Assembly: GCA_046597055.1 (NCBI GenBank)
Contig: JBKJLC010000260.1
Location: forward strand, 1 to 40,325
Direction: 5' to 3'
DNA length: 40,325 bases
Source: Kofleriaceae bacterium
GTDB lineage: Bacteria > Myxococcota_A > Polyangia > Haliangiales > Haliangiaceae
The notes under the pieces are model-generated. The model saw nothing but the letters and a program-made list of their open reading frames with translations. It was not told the DNA's origin and did not search any database. Both the position numbers and the translations under genes were made by a program. Every line of letters begins with the position of its first letter. The stretch's first letter is position 1. Positions 1 to 15,282 of the stretch are shown piece after piece.

Positions 1-168
1 GCCCGAGCCGGTGCCCGCCGAGGTGCACAGTTTCGCGTTGTAGCCGGGCAGGACCAGCAGTGATGACGCGCCGGTGAGCGGCGCGATGACCTTGGTGCCG
101 ATGGCGAAGCTCTTGCCCACGCCGACGAACGAGGGCTCGCGGTAGATCACCGCCTTCGGGATTCTCAC
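1..168 (-). CDS. 5' part of a possible CDS running off the window edge; beta/gamma-crystallin-like motif
   Basis: Hand translation from GTG at 168: VRIPKAVIYREPSFVGVGKSFAIGTKVIAPLTGASSLLVLPGYNAKLCTSAGTGSG, open to position 1. Pattern 'IY..PSF.G...SSL.V.PGY..KL' resembles a Greek-key motif. In-frame stop upstream at 235-237; start uncertain. Confidence 0.35.
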   Translation of the reverse strand, partial: MRIPKAVIYREPSFVGVGKSFAIGTKVIAPLTGASSLLVLPGYNAKLCTSAGTGSG

Positions 169-327
169 ACGCGCCGCGTACGATCCGCGCAGGCGCAACC
201 CGATCGTGCCGCTGGTTGCCGGGGATGGCCGCGATCAGCCCGCGAGCAGGAGCCGCGATCGCCTGGCGGAACGATCGTCCGGCCGGCCTGCAGGCCCCCG
301 CGCCCGTCATGATACGGTCCGCCGGTC

Positions 328-1908
<1,581 letters not shown>

Positions 1909-1959
1909 CGCGCCCTCCGCGCCTTGACCCGACCGCGACCCCGACCCTACGATCCCGTC

Positions 1960-2226
<267 letters not shown>

Positions 2227-2246
2227 CGGGGAGACCCGAGCCGAAC

Positions 2247-3221
2247 GTGACGGCTCTGGTCGAGCGCAGGTATGTCGTGGGGGAGGACGAGGGCGCCGAT
2301 CGGCCTCGTCTCGACGCGTTCGTCGCCGCGCACGACGCGGCGCTGAGCCGCGCGCAGGTGCAGCGCCTGATCGAGGCCGGCGACATCGCGGTCAACGGCG
2401 CGCCGCCGGCCAAGACCGGCATGAAGCTGCGCGGCGGCGATTCGGTGGTCGTGACCATCCGGCCGCCGGTCGCGACCGAGCTGGTGCCCGAGGCGATGAA
2501 CCTGGTGGTCCTCCACGAGGACCCGCACCTGATCGTGATCGACAAGCCGGCCGGGCTGGTCGTGCATCCGGCGCCGGGCAACCAGGTCGGCACGCTGGTG
2601 CACGGTCTGCTCGCGCACGTCGACGATCTCGGCGGCATCGGCGGCGAGCTGCGCCCGGGCATCGTCCATCGGCTCGACAAGCTCACCTCGGGCGTGATGG
2701 TGGTGGCCAAGGACGACCACGCCCATCAGACGCTGTCGGCGGCGTTCAAGGCCAAGACCGACATCCTGCGCGAGTACGTGGCGATCTGCGCGCCGGCGCC
2801 GACCGCGGCGTCGGGCACCCTCCGCACGCTCTACAACCGCCACCCGGTCGACCGGAAGCGGTTCTCGTCGAAGGTGCAGGTCGGCAAGCCGGCGGTGACG
2901 CACTGGCAGGTCGTCGAGCGGCTCGGCCACGGCGCCGCGTTGATCCGGTGCCGGCTCGAGACCGGCCGCACTCACCAGATCCGCGTCCACATGGCCGACA
3001 GCGGCTGGCCGCTGATCGGCGACCCGGTCTACGGCCGGCGCTACAGCGGCGCGCTGGCCGAGCTGTCGAGCGGGTTCGCCCGCCAGGCGCTGCACGCGGC
3101 CCGGCTCGAGCTGACCCACCCGGCCACCGGCGAGCGGCTGCGGTTCGAGACCCCGCCGCCGGCCGACTTCGCGGGCCTGCTGGCCGCGCTGCGGATCGCG
3201 CTCGCGTCGCCGCCGCCGTGA
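2247..3221 (+). CDS. rluD: RluA-family 23S rRNA pseudouridine synthase with N-terminal S4 domain
   Basis: RLDAFVA...SRAQVQRLI S4 domain; DKPAGLVVHP, HRLDKLTSG (catalytic Asp), GRTHQIRVH, RQALHA. Only the 3' third of track ORF 216..3221 is real; GTG start at 2247. Confidence 0.93.
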   Translation: MTALVERRYVVGEDEGADRPRLDAFVAAHDAALSRAQVQRLIEAGDIAVNGAPPAKTGMKLRGGDSVVVTIRPPVATELVPEAMNLVVLHEDPHLIVIDKPAGLVVHPAPGNQVGTLVHGLLAHVDDLGGIGGELRPGIVHRLDKLTSGVMVVAKDDHAHQTLSAAFKAKTDILREYVAICAPAPTAASGTLRTLYNRHPVDRKRFSSKVQVGKPAVTHWQVVERLGHGAALIRCRLETGRTHQIRVHMADSGWPLIGDPVYGRRYSGALAELSSGFARQALHAARLELTHPATGERLRFETPPPADFAGLLAALRIALASPPP

Positions 3222-3337
3222 GCGCTTCGGACGGTTCGGGTGCGCAGCGCCAGCGGGGCCGTTGCCAGGATCTGCCGTCCGGTGTGCGCGGTCGGGCACG
3301 GGGGTCCTGGTCCGACGGACAGTGCTAAGACGTCGCG

Positions 3338-4360
3338 ATGAAGCTCATCGTCGCCCTGTCCGCGGTGCTCCTGTGCGCGTGCGGATCGTCGCCGCCGCCA
3401 GCCGCGCCCGCGCCTGCGCTGGTCGAACCGTCGCCGTCGCCGGCCCAGCCCGAGGCGGGCGCGCCGGCCCCGACCCCCGAGCCGGCGCCGCTGCCCCCGG
3501 CCCCGCCCTGGGACGCCCCCGGCGCGCCCCCCTCATACGTGAGCGCGGCGCTGGTGCAGGTGCCGGCCAGCGTCCGGTACGTGGCCGCCATCGATCTCCC
3601 GCGGCTCGCCGGCACGCCGGTCGGCGACAAGCTGCGCGAGGCCTTGATCGGCGCCGCCGTCGAGCTCCCGGCCAGCTGCAAGTCGCTGAACCCGACCGCG
3701 CTGGGGAACGTGATCCTCGCCGGTGGCGGCGACGGCGGTGAACTGGTCGGCATCGCCGCCGGCAAGATGGCCGAGCGCCCGGTGATCACGTGCCTGACTG
3801 CGCTCGTGAAGAGCCGGGGCGGCGCGCTCAAGAACAAGAAGCTCGCGGGTCGCACGGCCTACTACGCGACCGGCTCCGCCGATGACAACGGCTGGATCAC
3901 GTGGACCCGCGCGGGGACCCCGATCATGGCGGGCGACGAGGCGATGCTGACGGCGACGCTCGACGCCAAGGCCGCGAAGATCTCGCCCGAGCTCGCCGCG
4001 CTGGTCGCCAGCGCCGACCACCGCCGCATGATGTGGGGCGCGGCCAAGGTGACGTCGGCCGAGGTCCAGACGTTGCCGGTGCCGGCCGGCATGGTCACCG
4101 GCCCGGTCACGATCCGGTTCGGCATCGATCTCGGCGCGGAGCTCGAGCTCGATGTCGCCTTTGGCTTCGCCTCGACCGAGGAGGCGAACCGGGTCGCCCA
4201 GGAGCTGCGCAAGCAGCTCGGCGAGGTCCGCCAGGGTCCGCCCCTCGACAGCTTGCTCCGCGACGTGAAGCTCGGCGTCCACGGCCGCGACCTGCGGGTG
4301 ATCATCCACCTCGACGCGGCTGCGACGACCCAGGCGCTCGGCTTCCTCAACATGAAGTGA
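3338..4360 (+). CDS. Putative lipoprotein with Pro-rich linker, unknown function
   Basis: MKLIVALSAVLLCAC-G signal/lipobox, Pro/Ala-rich segment, then globular domain; good codon bias. Confidence 0.75.
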   Translation: MKLIVALSAVLLCACGSSPPPAAPAPALVEPSPSPAQPEAGAPAPTPEPAPLPPAPPWDAPGAPPSYVSAALVQVPASVRYVAAIDLPRLAGTPVGDKLREALIGAAVELPASCKSLNPTALGNVILAGGGDGGELVGIAAGKMAERPVITCLTALVKSRGGALKNKKLAGRTAYYATGSADDNGWITWTRAGTPIMAGDEAMLTATLDAKAAKISPELAALVASADHRRMMWGAAKVTSAEVQTLPVPAGMVTGPVTIRFGIDLGAELELDVAFGFASTEEANRVAQELRKQLGEVRQGPPLDSLLRDVKLGVHGRDLRVIIHLDAAATTQALGFLNMK

Positions 4361-4408
4361 CGCGACGTCCGGTCGCGAGCACGCGCGGCCGGCGTCGAGG
4401 ATGCTCGG

Positions 4409-5767
<1,359 letters not shown>

Positions 5768-5939
5768 CGGTCCCGTGGGTACCACAGCTGACCGCGCCCC
5801 GAGCGTGCGGGCGCCGGTGGCGCGCGACCGAACCCTGACCGCCGCGTCGCGGTGGCGCCGGCATCCGATGGCAGCCGAGGGCAGCCCGGTCGTGCTTCCA
5901 CGAGTTGGCGCCGGTCCTGGAGTTGCAACGGACGCGGTC

Positions 5940-6476
5940 ATGCGTCCGTCCGCGGTTGTCATCCTCGCCGTCACGCTCGGTGCCGCAGCGGTCGCGCGCG
6001 CCGACGGTCGGTTCGTCGTCGGTGCTGGCGCCGAGGCCACGCTCGACGACCAGCTCGGGGCGACCGTGGTGGCGCACGGTGGCGTCGGTCTGGCCCCGCG
6101 GTGGTGGTGGATGGGGCGGGGCGCGTACGGTGTCTTCACGCTGCTCGACCCGGCCGGCAGCGAGGGCGAGACCAGGTCGCGGTCGACCGAGGTGCGCACC
6201 GGCCCGACCTGGCTGCGCTGCGGCGGCGGTGGGTGCTGGGGCGTGAGCTCGGAGGTCGGCGTGCGCAGCCGGCACGAGCGCCCGGTCGGGTTCGACCAGC
6301 AGCTCCAGTCCGACCAGCGCACCACCGCGGTGCTCGGCGACGTCCGCGTGCGCGGGCAGCTCCACCTGATCGCGGGCGGTCGCCTCAGCCTCGAGGCGAA
6401 CCTGGGGCTGCGCCTCGACGTCGTCGAGTGGACGCCGGGCCTGGCCCTCGGCGCGGCGCTGACCGGCCGGTTGTGA
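5940..6476 (+). CDS. Putative exported protein, possibly a small outer-membrane beta-barrel
   Basis: Signal peptide [22 protein letters not shown]; alternating amphipathic beta-strand pattern; stop converges on the kinase stop 12 nt away. Confidence 0.6.
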   Translation: MRPSAVVILAVTLGAAAVARADGRFVVGAGAEATLDDQLGATVVAHGGVGLAPRWWWMGRGAYGVFTLLDPAGSEGETRSRSTEVRTGPTWLRCGGGGCWGVSSEVGVRSRHERPVGFDQQLQSDQRTTAVLGDVRVRGQLHLIAGGRLSLEANLGLRLDVVEWTPGLALGAALTGRL

Positions 6477-6488
6477 TCGCCGGCCGGA

Positions 6489-8237
6489 TCAGCCGCGCGG
6501 CAGCGTGACCCGGAAGCGCGCGCCGGTGCCGCCGGGGGCGTCGACCAGCGCGACCGAGCCGCCGGCGCGGACGACCAGGTGCTTGACCACCGCGAGGCCG
6601 AGGCCGGTGCCGGCGCCGGGCGCCTTGGTCGTGAAGAACGGATCGAAGACGCGGATGCGGTCGGCGGCCGGGATGCCCGGGCCGTCGTCGGTGACGTGGA
6701 GCGCGATCGCCAGGTCACCGGGCAGCGCGGCCCAGCCCAGCGTCACCCGGCCGCCGGTCGGCAGCGCCTGGGCGGCGTTCTGCACCAGGTTGACCAGGAT
6801 CTGCTGGAGCGCGTGGCCCTCGATCGCGACCGGCGGCGCGCCGGTGACGTCGACGGTCAGGGTGACCCCGGCGCGGCGCACGGTCGGCGCGACCAGCGCG
6901 GCCACGTGGCGGGCGACCGTGTCCGGATCGCAGGTGGCGTGGTCCTCGGCCCGGTCGACCCGCGCGTAGTCGAGCAGGCCGGCCACGATCGACTTCATGC
7001 GCGCGGCCTCGCTGGCGATGAGATCGAGGCCGGCGCGGTCGGGGTGATCGTCGGGCTTGTCCTCGGCCAGCAGCTTGGCGTAGCCGAGCACGGTCGTCAG
7101 CGGGTTGTTGATCTCGTGGGCGACCTGGGCCGACATCACGCCGACCGAGGCCAGCCGGTCGCCGCGGGCCAGCGCGGTCTGCAGCTCGGCGCGCTCGCCG
7201 ATCCGCTGCGCCATCTCGTCGATGCGGCGGCCGAGGTGGCCGATCTCGCCGGGCCCGGTCACCGGCGGCCCCGCGGGGTCGCCGCGGGCGATCGCGTCGG
7301 CGTGGGCGGCCAGCGCCGCCAGCGGCCGGGTCAGCCGGGCCGCCAGCAGCGCGCCGATCAGCAGCGCCGCTGCCAGCGCGATCACCGCGGCCAGGATCGT
7401 GTTCCGGCGGGTGTCGGCCGCCGCCGCGTAGGCGTCGGCTTCGCGCTGCTCGAGGACGATCGCCCAGCGCACGCCGCGCAGCGACTGGTAGCTGGCGAGG
7501 TTGCGAAACACCGCGACCACGCCGCCGGTCGACAGGTGGCCCTCGGCGGCGGCGCCGAGCGCGCGATCGACCGCGGGTCGGCCTCGCCACGACCGGCCGC
7601 CCGGCGGCTGGCCGTCGGAGCGCGCGACCGGCGTGCCCTGGCCGTCGACGACGACCACGCGGGCGCCGCGGCCGAGCCGGGCCGCGCCCAGCGCCTCCGA
7701 CACGAAGCCGAGGTCGATCTCGGCGACGAAAAATCCGACCAGCTCGCCGGTGCGGCTGCGCGCCTGCACCACCAGCGGCACCCGCGGGTGGCCCTCGGTG
7801 AACAGGGCGTCGCCGACGTAGCCGCCGAAGCTACGCGCGGCCAGATCGACCCCGGCCGGCAGTGGCCCACCGGCGACCACCACCCCGTCCCCGTCGACGA
7901 TCACCAGGCGCGCGAGCACCGGGATGTCGCGGCCGAGCCGACCGAGCAGGCGGCCGGTCGCGCGGGCATCGCGGTCGTCGGCCGGTGCCGCCGAGGTGCG
8001 GCCGTCGGCCCAGGTCGCGGCCGTGATCTCGACCGCGCGCCGGGCGTCCTGCACCGTCGCGTCGAGCCCGGCGCCGAGCGCGCGGACCAGCGCCAGGTTG
8101 CCGCGCACCACCTCGCGCTCGAGATCGCTGCGGACCCGGAAGAACGCGAACGCGCCCAGCGCCAGGGTCGGGATCAGCGCGGCCAGCGCGAGCACGACGA
8201 TGACCCGCGCGGTCAGCGAGCGCAGCCGCGTCGTCAC
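6489..8237 (-). CDS. Sensor histidine kinase (TM, Cache-like periplasmic domain, TM, HAMP, HisKA, HATPase)
   Basis: Two TM segments; 'VVVVDGQG' and 'WAIVLEQ' Cache-like motifs; H-box AHEINNPL; N-box [26 protein letters not shown]. Confidence 0.93.
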   Translation of the reverse strand: MTTRLRSLTARVIVVLALAALIPTLALGAFAFFRVRSDLEREVVRGNLALVRALGAGLDATVQDARRAVEITAATWADGRTSAAPADDRDARATGRLLGRLGRDIPVLARLVIVDGDGVVVAGGPLPAGVDLAARSFGGYVGDALFTEGHPRVPLVVQARSRTGELVGFFVAEIDLGFVSEALGAARLGRGARVVVVDGQGTPVARSDGQPPGGRSWRGRPAVDRALGAAAEGHLSTGGVVAVFRNLASYQSLRGVRWAIVLEQREADAYAAAADTRRNTILAAVIALAAALLIGALLAARLTRPLAALAAHADAIARGDPAGPPVTGPGEIGHLGRRIDEMAQRIGERAELQTALARGDRLASVGVMSAQVAHEINNPLTTVLGYAKLLAEDKPDDHPDRAGLDLIASEAARMKSIVAGLLDYARVDRAEDHATCDPDTVARHVAALVAPTVRRAGVTLTVDVTGAPPVAIEGHALQQILVNLVQNAAQALPTGGRVTLGWAALPGDLAIALHVTDDGPGIPAADRIRVFDPFFTTKAPGAGTGLGLAVVKHLVVRAGGSVALVDAPGGTGARFRVTLPRG

Positions 8238-9403
8238 CGGTCGCCCTTCGCGAGCAGCCGGGTCCAGGCCCGGCGGACGCCCGCGATCGCCTCGGCCGCG
8301 GTGGCGTCGCCGGCCACCACCGCCGCGACCGCCGGGTTGAGATCATCGAACAGCGCGGCCGACGCCGGGTGGCGCGGCAGCGGCGTCGCCCCCGCCAGCG
8401 CGGCGTGGACCTCGCGGGCCAGGCGCCCGGCGCGAGCCAGCCCGGCCGCGGTCGACGGCACCGTCCCGAGCCGGCGCGACCACGCCGCCTGCACGTCGGG
8501 CTCGGTCAGCGCCGCCGCCAGCGCCCAGCCGCCGCCGGCATCGCGGGCGCAGCGCGGCACGATCAGGAGCTGGCCGCCGCGGGGCGCGCCCGGCCACGCG
8601 GTGGCGTTGACCCCGTCGAGCTCGCCGCCGCGCCGGTCGGCCAGGTCGGGCAGGGCCCACGGCCCGGTCGCCAGGATGACGATCGCCCCGGCGCGGAACC
8701 GGCGGGCGTCGGTCTCGAGCTCGGTCCCGGGCGCCGCCGGGGGTGCCGCGGGTCCGCCGGCCCGCATCAGTCCCGCCATCTCGTCGAGCGCGGCCTCGGC
8801 CGCCGGCCCGTCGATGCCGAGGGTGCCGCGGCTGCCGTCGGCGACGTCGGCGCCGCGCGCGCGCAGGAACGGCACCAGCCAGTAGCCGTCGGCCCGCACG
8901 CCGAGCCCCCACCGGCCGGGCGCGGTGAGGGTCCGCGCTGCCGCCTCGAGCGCGTCGAGGTCGCGGGGCGGCCAGGCCACGCCGGCGGGCGGGCCGCGGT
9001 GAAGCAGCACCAGCCCGTCGATGCTCATCGGCACCGCCGCCAGCACGCCGTGGTGGCTCGCCAGCTCGGCCGCCTCGGGCAGCCAGTCGCGCCCGGCCAG
9101 CGCCGGCGGCGGCGCGGCCACCAGGTCGGCGCCGGCCAGCGCCGGCAGCCAGGTCGCGTCGATGCGGGCCAGGTCGGGGCAGTCGCCGCCGGCCCGCAGG
9201 GCCTTGCCGAGCACCGCCTCGCCCCGCGCGAACGGCAACAGCGTCGCCTCGACGGTGCCGCCGCGGCTGGCCAGCAGCTCCTCGAGCGCGGCGGCCTCGG
9301 CCACCGAGAACGTGTGGACGAACCGCACCGGCGGTCCCGGCGCCGGTCCGCGGTCGGCGCACGCCGCGGCGACGGTCGCCAGCGCGAGGATCCCGGAGCG
9401 CAC
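8234..9403 (-). CDS. Extracellular solute-binding lipoprotein (MalE-like, family 1)
   Basis: Lipobox LATVAAA-C; PDLARIDATWL, AVPMSIDGLVLLH, ATGPWAL, GGQLLIVP patterns typical of sugar-type SBPs; 4-nt overlap with the kinase gene. Confidence 0.85.
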   Translation of the reverse strand: MRSGILALATVAAACADRGPAPGPPVRFVHTFSVAEAAALEELLASRGGTVEATLLPFARGEAVLGKALRAGGDCPDLARIDATWLPALAGADLVAAPPPALAGRDWLPEAAELASHHGVLAAVPMSIDGLVLLHRGPPAGVAWPPRDLDALEAAARTLTAPGRWGLGVRADGYWLVPFLRARGADVADGSRGTLGIDGPAAEAALDEMAGLMRAGGPAAPPAAPGTELETDARRFRAGAIVILATGPWALPDLADRRGGELDGVNATAWPGAPRGGQLLIVPRCARDAGGGWALAAALTEPDVQAAWSRRLGTVPSTAAGLARAGRLAREVHAALAGATPLPRHPASAALFDDLNPAVAAVVAGDATAAEAIAGVRRAWTRLLAKGDR

Positions 9404-9482
9404 GGGCGCAGCCTACCGCAACCGGGTCACGACCCACCCCGCACGCCCGGCGAACCGAGCGGCCCGCGTGTTATCAATCGCC

Positions 9483-10364
9483 ATGCGCAGCATGACCGGG
9501 CACGGGCGCGGCGTGGCCGACCACGGGACCACCCGTGCGACCGTCGAGCTGCGCTCGGTGAACCACCGGTTCCTCGACGTGAAGCTGCGCGGCGCGGTCT
9601 CGCCCGCGCTGGAGGACCTGGTCGCGGGTCGCGTGCGCGAGCGGCTGAGCCGTGGCGCGGTGTCGTGCTCGATCCGGGTCGAGCGCATCGGCGCCGCGGG
9701 CTCGGTCCGGATCGATCGCGGCCTGGCCGTCACGCTGCATGCCGGGCTGACCGAGCTCGCCACCGCGCTGGGCCTGCCGCCGCCGACCCTGCGCGACGTG
9801 ATCGCGCAGCCGGGGGTGATCTCGCTCGACGACACCGGGGTCGACGCCGGCGTGGCCGAGGGCGACGCGGCCGCGGCGGTCGCGCGGGCGGCGGCCGCCG
9901 CCCTCGATCAGCTGGTCGCCATGCGCACCACCGAGGGCGCGGCGCTCGCCCGCGAGCTCGGCGAGCGCGGCCGCTCCGTTGGCACCCTCATCGCCGCGAT
10001 CGCGCGCGAGGCCGCCGGCGCCTCGGGCGCGGCCCGGGACCGCCTCCACGACCGGCTGGCCCGCCTGCTCGAGCCGGCCGCGGTCGATCCCGGCCGCCTG
10101 GCCCAGGAGGTCGCGATCCTCGCCGAGCGAGCCGACGTCACCGAGGAGATCGTCCGTGGCCAGAGCCACCTGGTCCAGCTCGAGGCCGCGCTCGGCCCCG
10201 GCGCCGAGCCGATCGGGCGCCGGCTCGACTTCCTGACCCAGGAGCTCGGCCGTGAGATCAACACGATCGGCTCGAAATCCACGACCGCGGAGATCGCGCG
10301 CCTGGTGGTCGATGCCAAGGCCGAGCTCGAGAAGATCCGCGAGCAGGTACAGAACCTCGAGTGA
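9483..10364 (+). CDS. yicC: YicC/YloC-family endoribonuclease
   Basis: MRSMTGHGRG, ELRSVNHRFLD, DVTEEIVR, GRRLDFLTQELGREINTIGSK, EKIREQVQNLE; directly upstream of gmk. Confidence 0.95.
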   Translation: MRSMTGHGRGVADHGTTRATVELRSVNHRFLDVKLRGAVSPALEDLVAGRVRERLSRGAVSCSIRVERIGAAGSVRIDRGLAVTLHAGLTELATALGLPPPTLRDVIAQPGVISLDDTGVDAGVAEGDAAAAVARAAAAALDQLVAMRTTEGAALARELGERGRSVGTLIAAIAREAAGASGAARDRLHDRLARLLEPAAVDPGRLAQEVAILAERADVTEEIVRGQSHLVQLEAALGPGAEPIGRRLDFLTQELGREINTIGSKSTTAEIARLVVDAKAELEKIREQVQNLE

Positions 10365-10380
10365 TCAATGATACCCCGCC

Positions 10381-11127
10381 GTGCTTGAATCGAGCCCCGT
10401 CGTGACGTCGCCCTCCGCCATCCTCCCGCGTACGCCGGCACCTGCCCGCGGCAGCTTGATCATCGTGTCGTCGCCCTCGGGCGCCGGCAAGACGACCCTG
10501 ACCCGGCGGCTGCTGAAGGAGCACGACACCCTCGACTTCTCGGTGTCGTTCACGACCCGGGCCCGGCGCGAGGGCGAGCGCGAGGGCATCGACTACCACT
10601 TCGTCGATCCGGTGACGTTCGAGCGCATGGTCACCGGCGGCGAGCTGGCCGAGCACTTCGTCGTCCACGGCAACCACTACGGCACCGCGCGCGCGCCGAT
10701 CGACGACGCGATCCGGCGCGGTCGCGACATGATCTTCGACGTCGACTTCCAGGGTGCGCGCGCGCTCCACTCGCAGTGGCCCGACGACTCGGTCTGCGTC
10801 TTCATCTTGCCGCCCGATCTGACGACGCTCGCGGCGCGGCTGCGCCAGCGCGCGACCGACAGCGACGAGGTGATCGAGCGTCGCCTGCGCAAGGCGATCG
10901 AGGAGCTCGCGCAGTACGTCAGCTACGATCACCTGATCGTCAACGAGCACCTCGACCAGGCCTACGGCGTCCTGCGCGCGATCTACCTGACCCGACGCCA
11001 CGGCGACGACGACCGCGCCGACGTGCCGCTCCCGCTCGCCGCGCTGGCCGCCGAGGTCGCGGGCAATCGCGCCACCGACCCGGCCGCTCACGCCCGCCGC
11101 TTGATCGACGCACCGGCGCCGGCCTAG
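10381..11127 (+). CDS. gmk: Guanylate kinase
   Basis: SSPSGAGKTT, SVSFTTR..R.GE.EGIDYHFV, GNHYGT, DVDFQGA, FILPP, RLRQRATDS. True start may be slightly downstream. Confidence 0.95.
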   Translation: MLESSPVVTSPSAILPRTPAPARGSLIIVSSPSGAGKTTLTRRLLKEHDTLDFSVSFTTRARREGEREGIDYHFVDPVTFERMVTGGELAEHFVVHGNHYGTARAPIDDAIRRGRDMIFDVDFQGARALHSQWPDDSVCVFILPPDLTTLAARLRQRATDSDEVIERRLRKAIEELAQYVSYDHLIVNEHLDQAYGVLRAIYLTRRHGDDDRADVPLPLAALAAEVAGNRATDPAAHARRLIDAPAPA

Positions 11128-11255
11128 CGCGGCTGGGTGCGACCGGGGGGGCGACGTCGGCTTGCGACGGATGCACCTCCCCGAGCCATCGGCGGTCCAC
11201 GGGCGACGGGTAATCGTTGCTTGACGGATCACGGCGGGAGGTGGACCCTTCAAGT

Positions 11256-11954
11256 ATGGGCGGTCTGCATTCGAGGCTGGCTGCGGTGGTGATGGTCTCC
11301 GGGATCGCGGCGCTGACCTCCCTGTCAGCACTGTCGTCCGGGTGCTCGCGGACCTTCTCCGCGTCGGTCGTCCAGCCGAATCCGCTGGTCAAACCCACCG
11401 AGACGCTGCGCGACTCGGAGCGGCTCGTGATCGTCACCGGCGACATGGAGCTGGAGACGCCGCGTGCGCCCGAGAAGTCCCAGCGGGTGTCGGTCGCGAG
11501 CCACCGGCGCTACCCGCTCGAGAACGCTGCCAGCTTCACGGTGGTCTCGCGCGACCGGCTCCGCTTCCACGTCCAGCTCGAGCACAAGTGGCAAGAGTGG
11601 GCCGATCTGCGGACCTGGGAGGTCTACATGGTCGACGACGAGGGCAAGCGCTTCCTGCCCGAGGGCGTCGAGCACGCGACGACCAAGCATATCGTCAGCA
11701 TGTGGGATCGCGAGATCCGCACCGCCCAGCGCAACCGCTTCGGCGACATCGTGGCGATCAACGAGGACGGCTGGCGGCGCCGGCAGGCGCTCGGCTCGCT
11801 GTCGGTGTTCCGCGGCAAGGCCGACTTCGTCTTCTACCGGCGCGACCTGTTCACGCCGAAGGAGCGCAAGCTCAAGCTGGTCGTGCGTCGCCCCGGCCAG
11901 GCGTTCGAGTTCACCTGGAACTTCCAGGACCAGGTCGCCAGCGGCGACCGCTGA
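11256..11954 (+). CDS. Putative lipoprotein of unknown function
   Basis: Hydrophobic N-terminus ending LSSG-C; beta-rich Trp/Arg-rich body; strong coding bias. Start could be 11217, 11256 or 11292. Confidence 0.7.
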   Translation: MGGLHSRLAAVVMVSGIAALTSLSALSSGCSRTFSASVVQPNPLVKPTETLRDSERLVIVTGDMELETPRAPEKSQRVSVASHRRYPLENAASFTVVSRDRLRFHVQLEHKWQEWADLRTWEVYMVDDEGKRFLPEGVEHATTKHIVSMWDREIRTAQRNRFGDIVAINEDGWRRRQALGSLSVFRGKADFVFYRRDLFTPKERKLKLVVRRPGQAFEFTWNFQDQVASGDR

Positions 11955-12083
11955 GCCCCGCCCTCACCCTCAGGCCAGGGCGGCGCGCCGGGGCGGTGAT
12001 CGCCAGGCGCGCTTTCGCGGTGGCTCTCTGCCAGTCGGCACTGTTGCAATGTTGCAGCCGGGGTAGAATCACGCCTCCGCCGC

Positions 12084-14237
<2,154 letters not shown>

Positions 14238-14321
14238 CGTGCGCGGCCGTGCCGGGCCGAAATAGCAGCAGCGCCGAGCCGGTGTGATGACCGGTCGGCG
14301 CTGGCGTCGTCGCGGGTGCGA

Positions 14322-14501
14322 CTACTTCTTGTTGGCAGCGAGCGACGCGGCGGGCGCCGGCTGGCCGGGCTCGCCGAAGCCGGCGAACAGCTCGGCCATG
14401 GACAGCGTCGAGTGCTTCGACTGGGCGTTCTTGCGCTTGCGACCCATGTTCTTGTGCTTGCGGGCGCGGCGGTTCTCGGACGATGCAGTATTCGAAGCCA
14501 T
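14322..14501 (-). CDS. Small basic protein, 59 aa (absent from the ORF track)
   Basis: Hand translation: MASNTASSENRRARKHKNMGRKRKNAQSKHSTLSMAELFAGFGEPGQPAPAASLAANKK-stop; AGGA SD-like motif about 9 nt upstream of the ATG; high GC3 codons (AAG, CGC, AAC). Confidence 0.75.
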   Translation of the reverse strand: MASNTASSENRRARKHKNMGRKRKNAQSKHSTLSMAELFAGFGEPGQPAPAASLAANKK

Positions 14502-14593
14502 GGTCGGGAGTCCTGCTGAGAGGGGTCGCGATCTCTAGCCAATCCCGGAGCTTGTGTCAATGCTGACCATCTCCGGGTCCGGGACGGCCAGGC

Positions 14594-15214
14594 CTAGGCG
14601 TCGAGGTCGACCTCGGCCCGCTCCGAGGCGTGGCGGAGGAGGGCGCGCAGGCGGCGGCCGGAATCGCCGGGCAAGTCCTCGAACTCCAGTCCGAATCCGG
14701 GATCCTTGCCGAGCCGGGTCCACGCGACCGTGCCCCGGGCGGTGAGGCTCTCGCCGCCGGGGACCGTGATCGTCAGGTCGATCTCGTCGCCGACGCCCGG
14801 GGGTGCTTCGGAGCGCACGAAGGCACCACCGACCGACAGGTCGTCGACCAGGGTCGGGTGGGTGACCCCGCCGCCCCGGGCCCAGCTCGCGTGCAGCGAC
14901 GACGGGAACCGGGCGTGGTCGCGGTGAACGATGTGCACGGTGAGCTCGCCGCGCGCGACCGCGAGCACGAAGTCGCGGGTGGTCGCGTCGGCCGGGTCGA
15001 ACGCGAAGCGCAACCCGTGCTCGAAGGCGATCCCGACCACCTGGGCGCGGATGAGCGTCCGGTTGGGCAGGCCAGGAAAATAGAGCTCCACCAGCACGTT
15101 CTCACCGATGTCGCCGTCGGTGCGGGTGCGCGTCGAGAGGCTCCCCCCATCGGCTGGGTGGTACGCGTTGAGGAGCTCCAGGGGGGATGTGAATACGAGA
15201 GTCACGAGACGCAT
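14594..15214 (-). CDS. PilZ-domain protein (probably degenerate N-terminal PilZ plus canonical C-terminal PilZ)
   Basis: RDHAR (RxxxR) and DLSVGG (D/NxSxxG) c-di-GMP motifs, GTVAWTR, GFGLEF. Start at ATG 15214 or GTG 15235. Confidence 0.85.
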   Translation of the reverse strand: MRLVTLVFTSPLELLNAYHPADGGSLSTRTRTDGDIGENVLVELYFPGLPNRTLIRAQVVGIAFEHGLRFAFDPADATTRDFVLAVARGELTVHIVHRDHARFPSSLHASWARGGGVTHPTLVDDLSVGGAFVRSEAPPGVGDEIDLTITVPGGESLTARGTVAWTRLGKDPGFGLEFEDLPGDSGRRLRALLRHASERAEVDLDA

Positions 15215-15282
15215 GGGCGCTCCGGTTGCCTTCACCGCAGGATGCCCTTACGATTCGCACAATTGCAAGGCAAGGCCGCGAG

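Noticed and set aside
5768..6718. N-terminal extension of the 769-aa regulator ORF suggesting a fusion
   Set aside because: Low-complexity shadow overlapping the kinase 3' end and the opposite-strand gene; the REC domain begins at 5767.
11955..12016. GC hairpins after the lipoprotein gene as an intrinsic terminator
   Set aside because: Imperfect stems and only a three-T tail; not distinguishable from background at this GC content.
12036..12057. GGCAC...TTGCA upstream of rel as a sigma-54 promoter
   Set aside because: GG-to-GC spacing does not fit GG-N10-GC for either TTGC copy.
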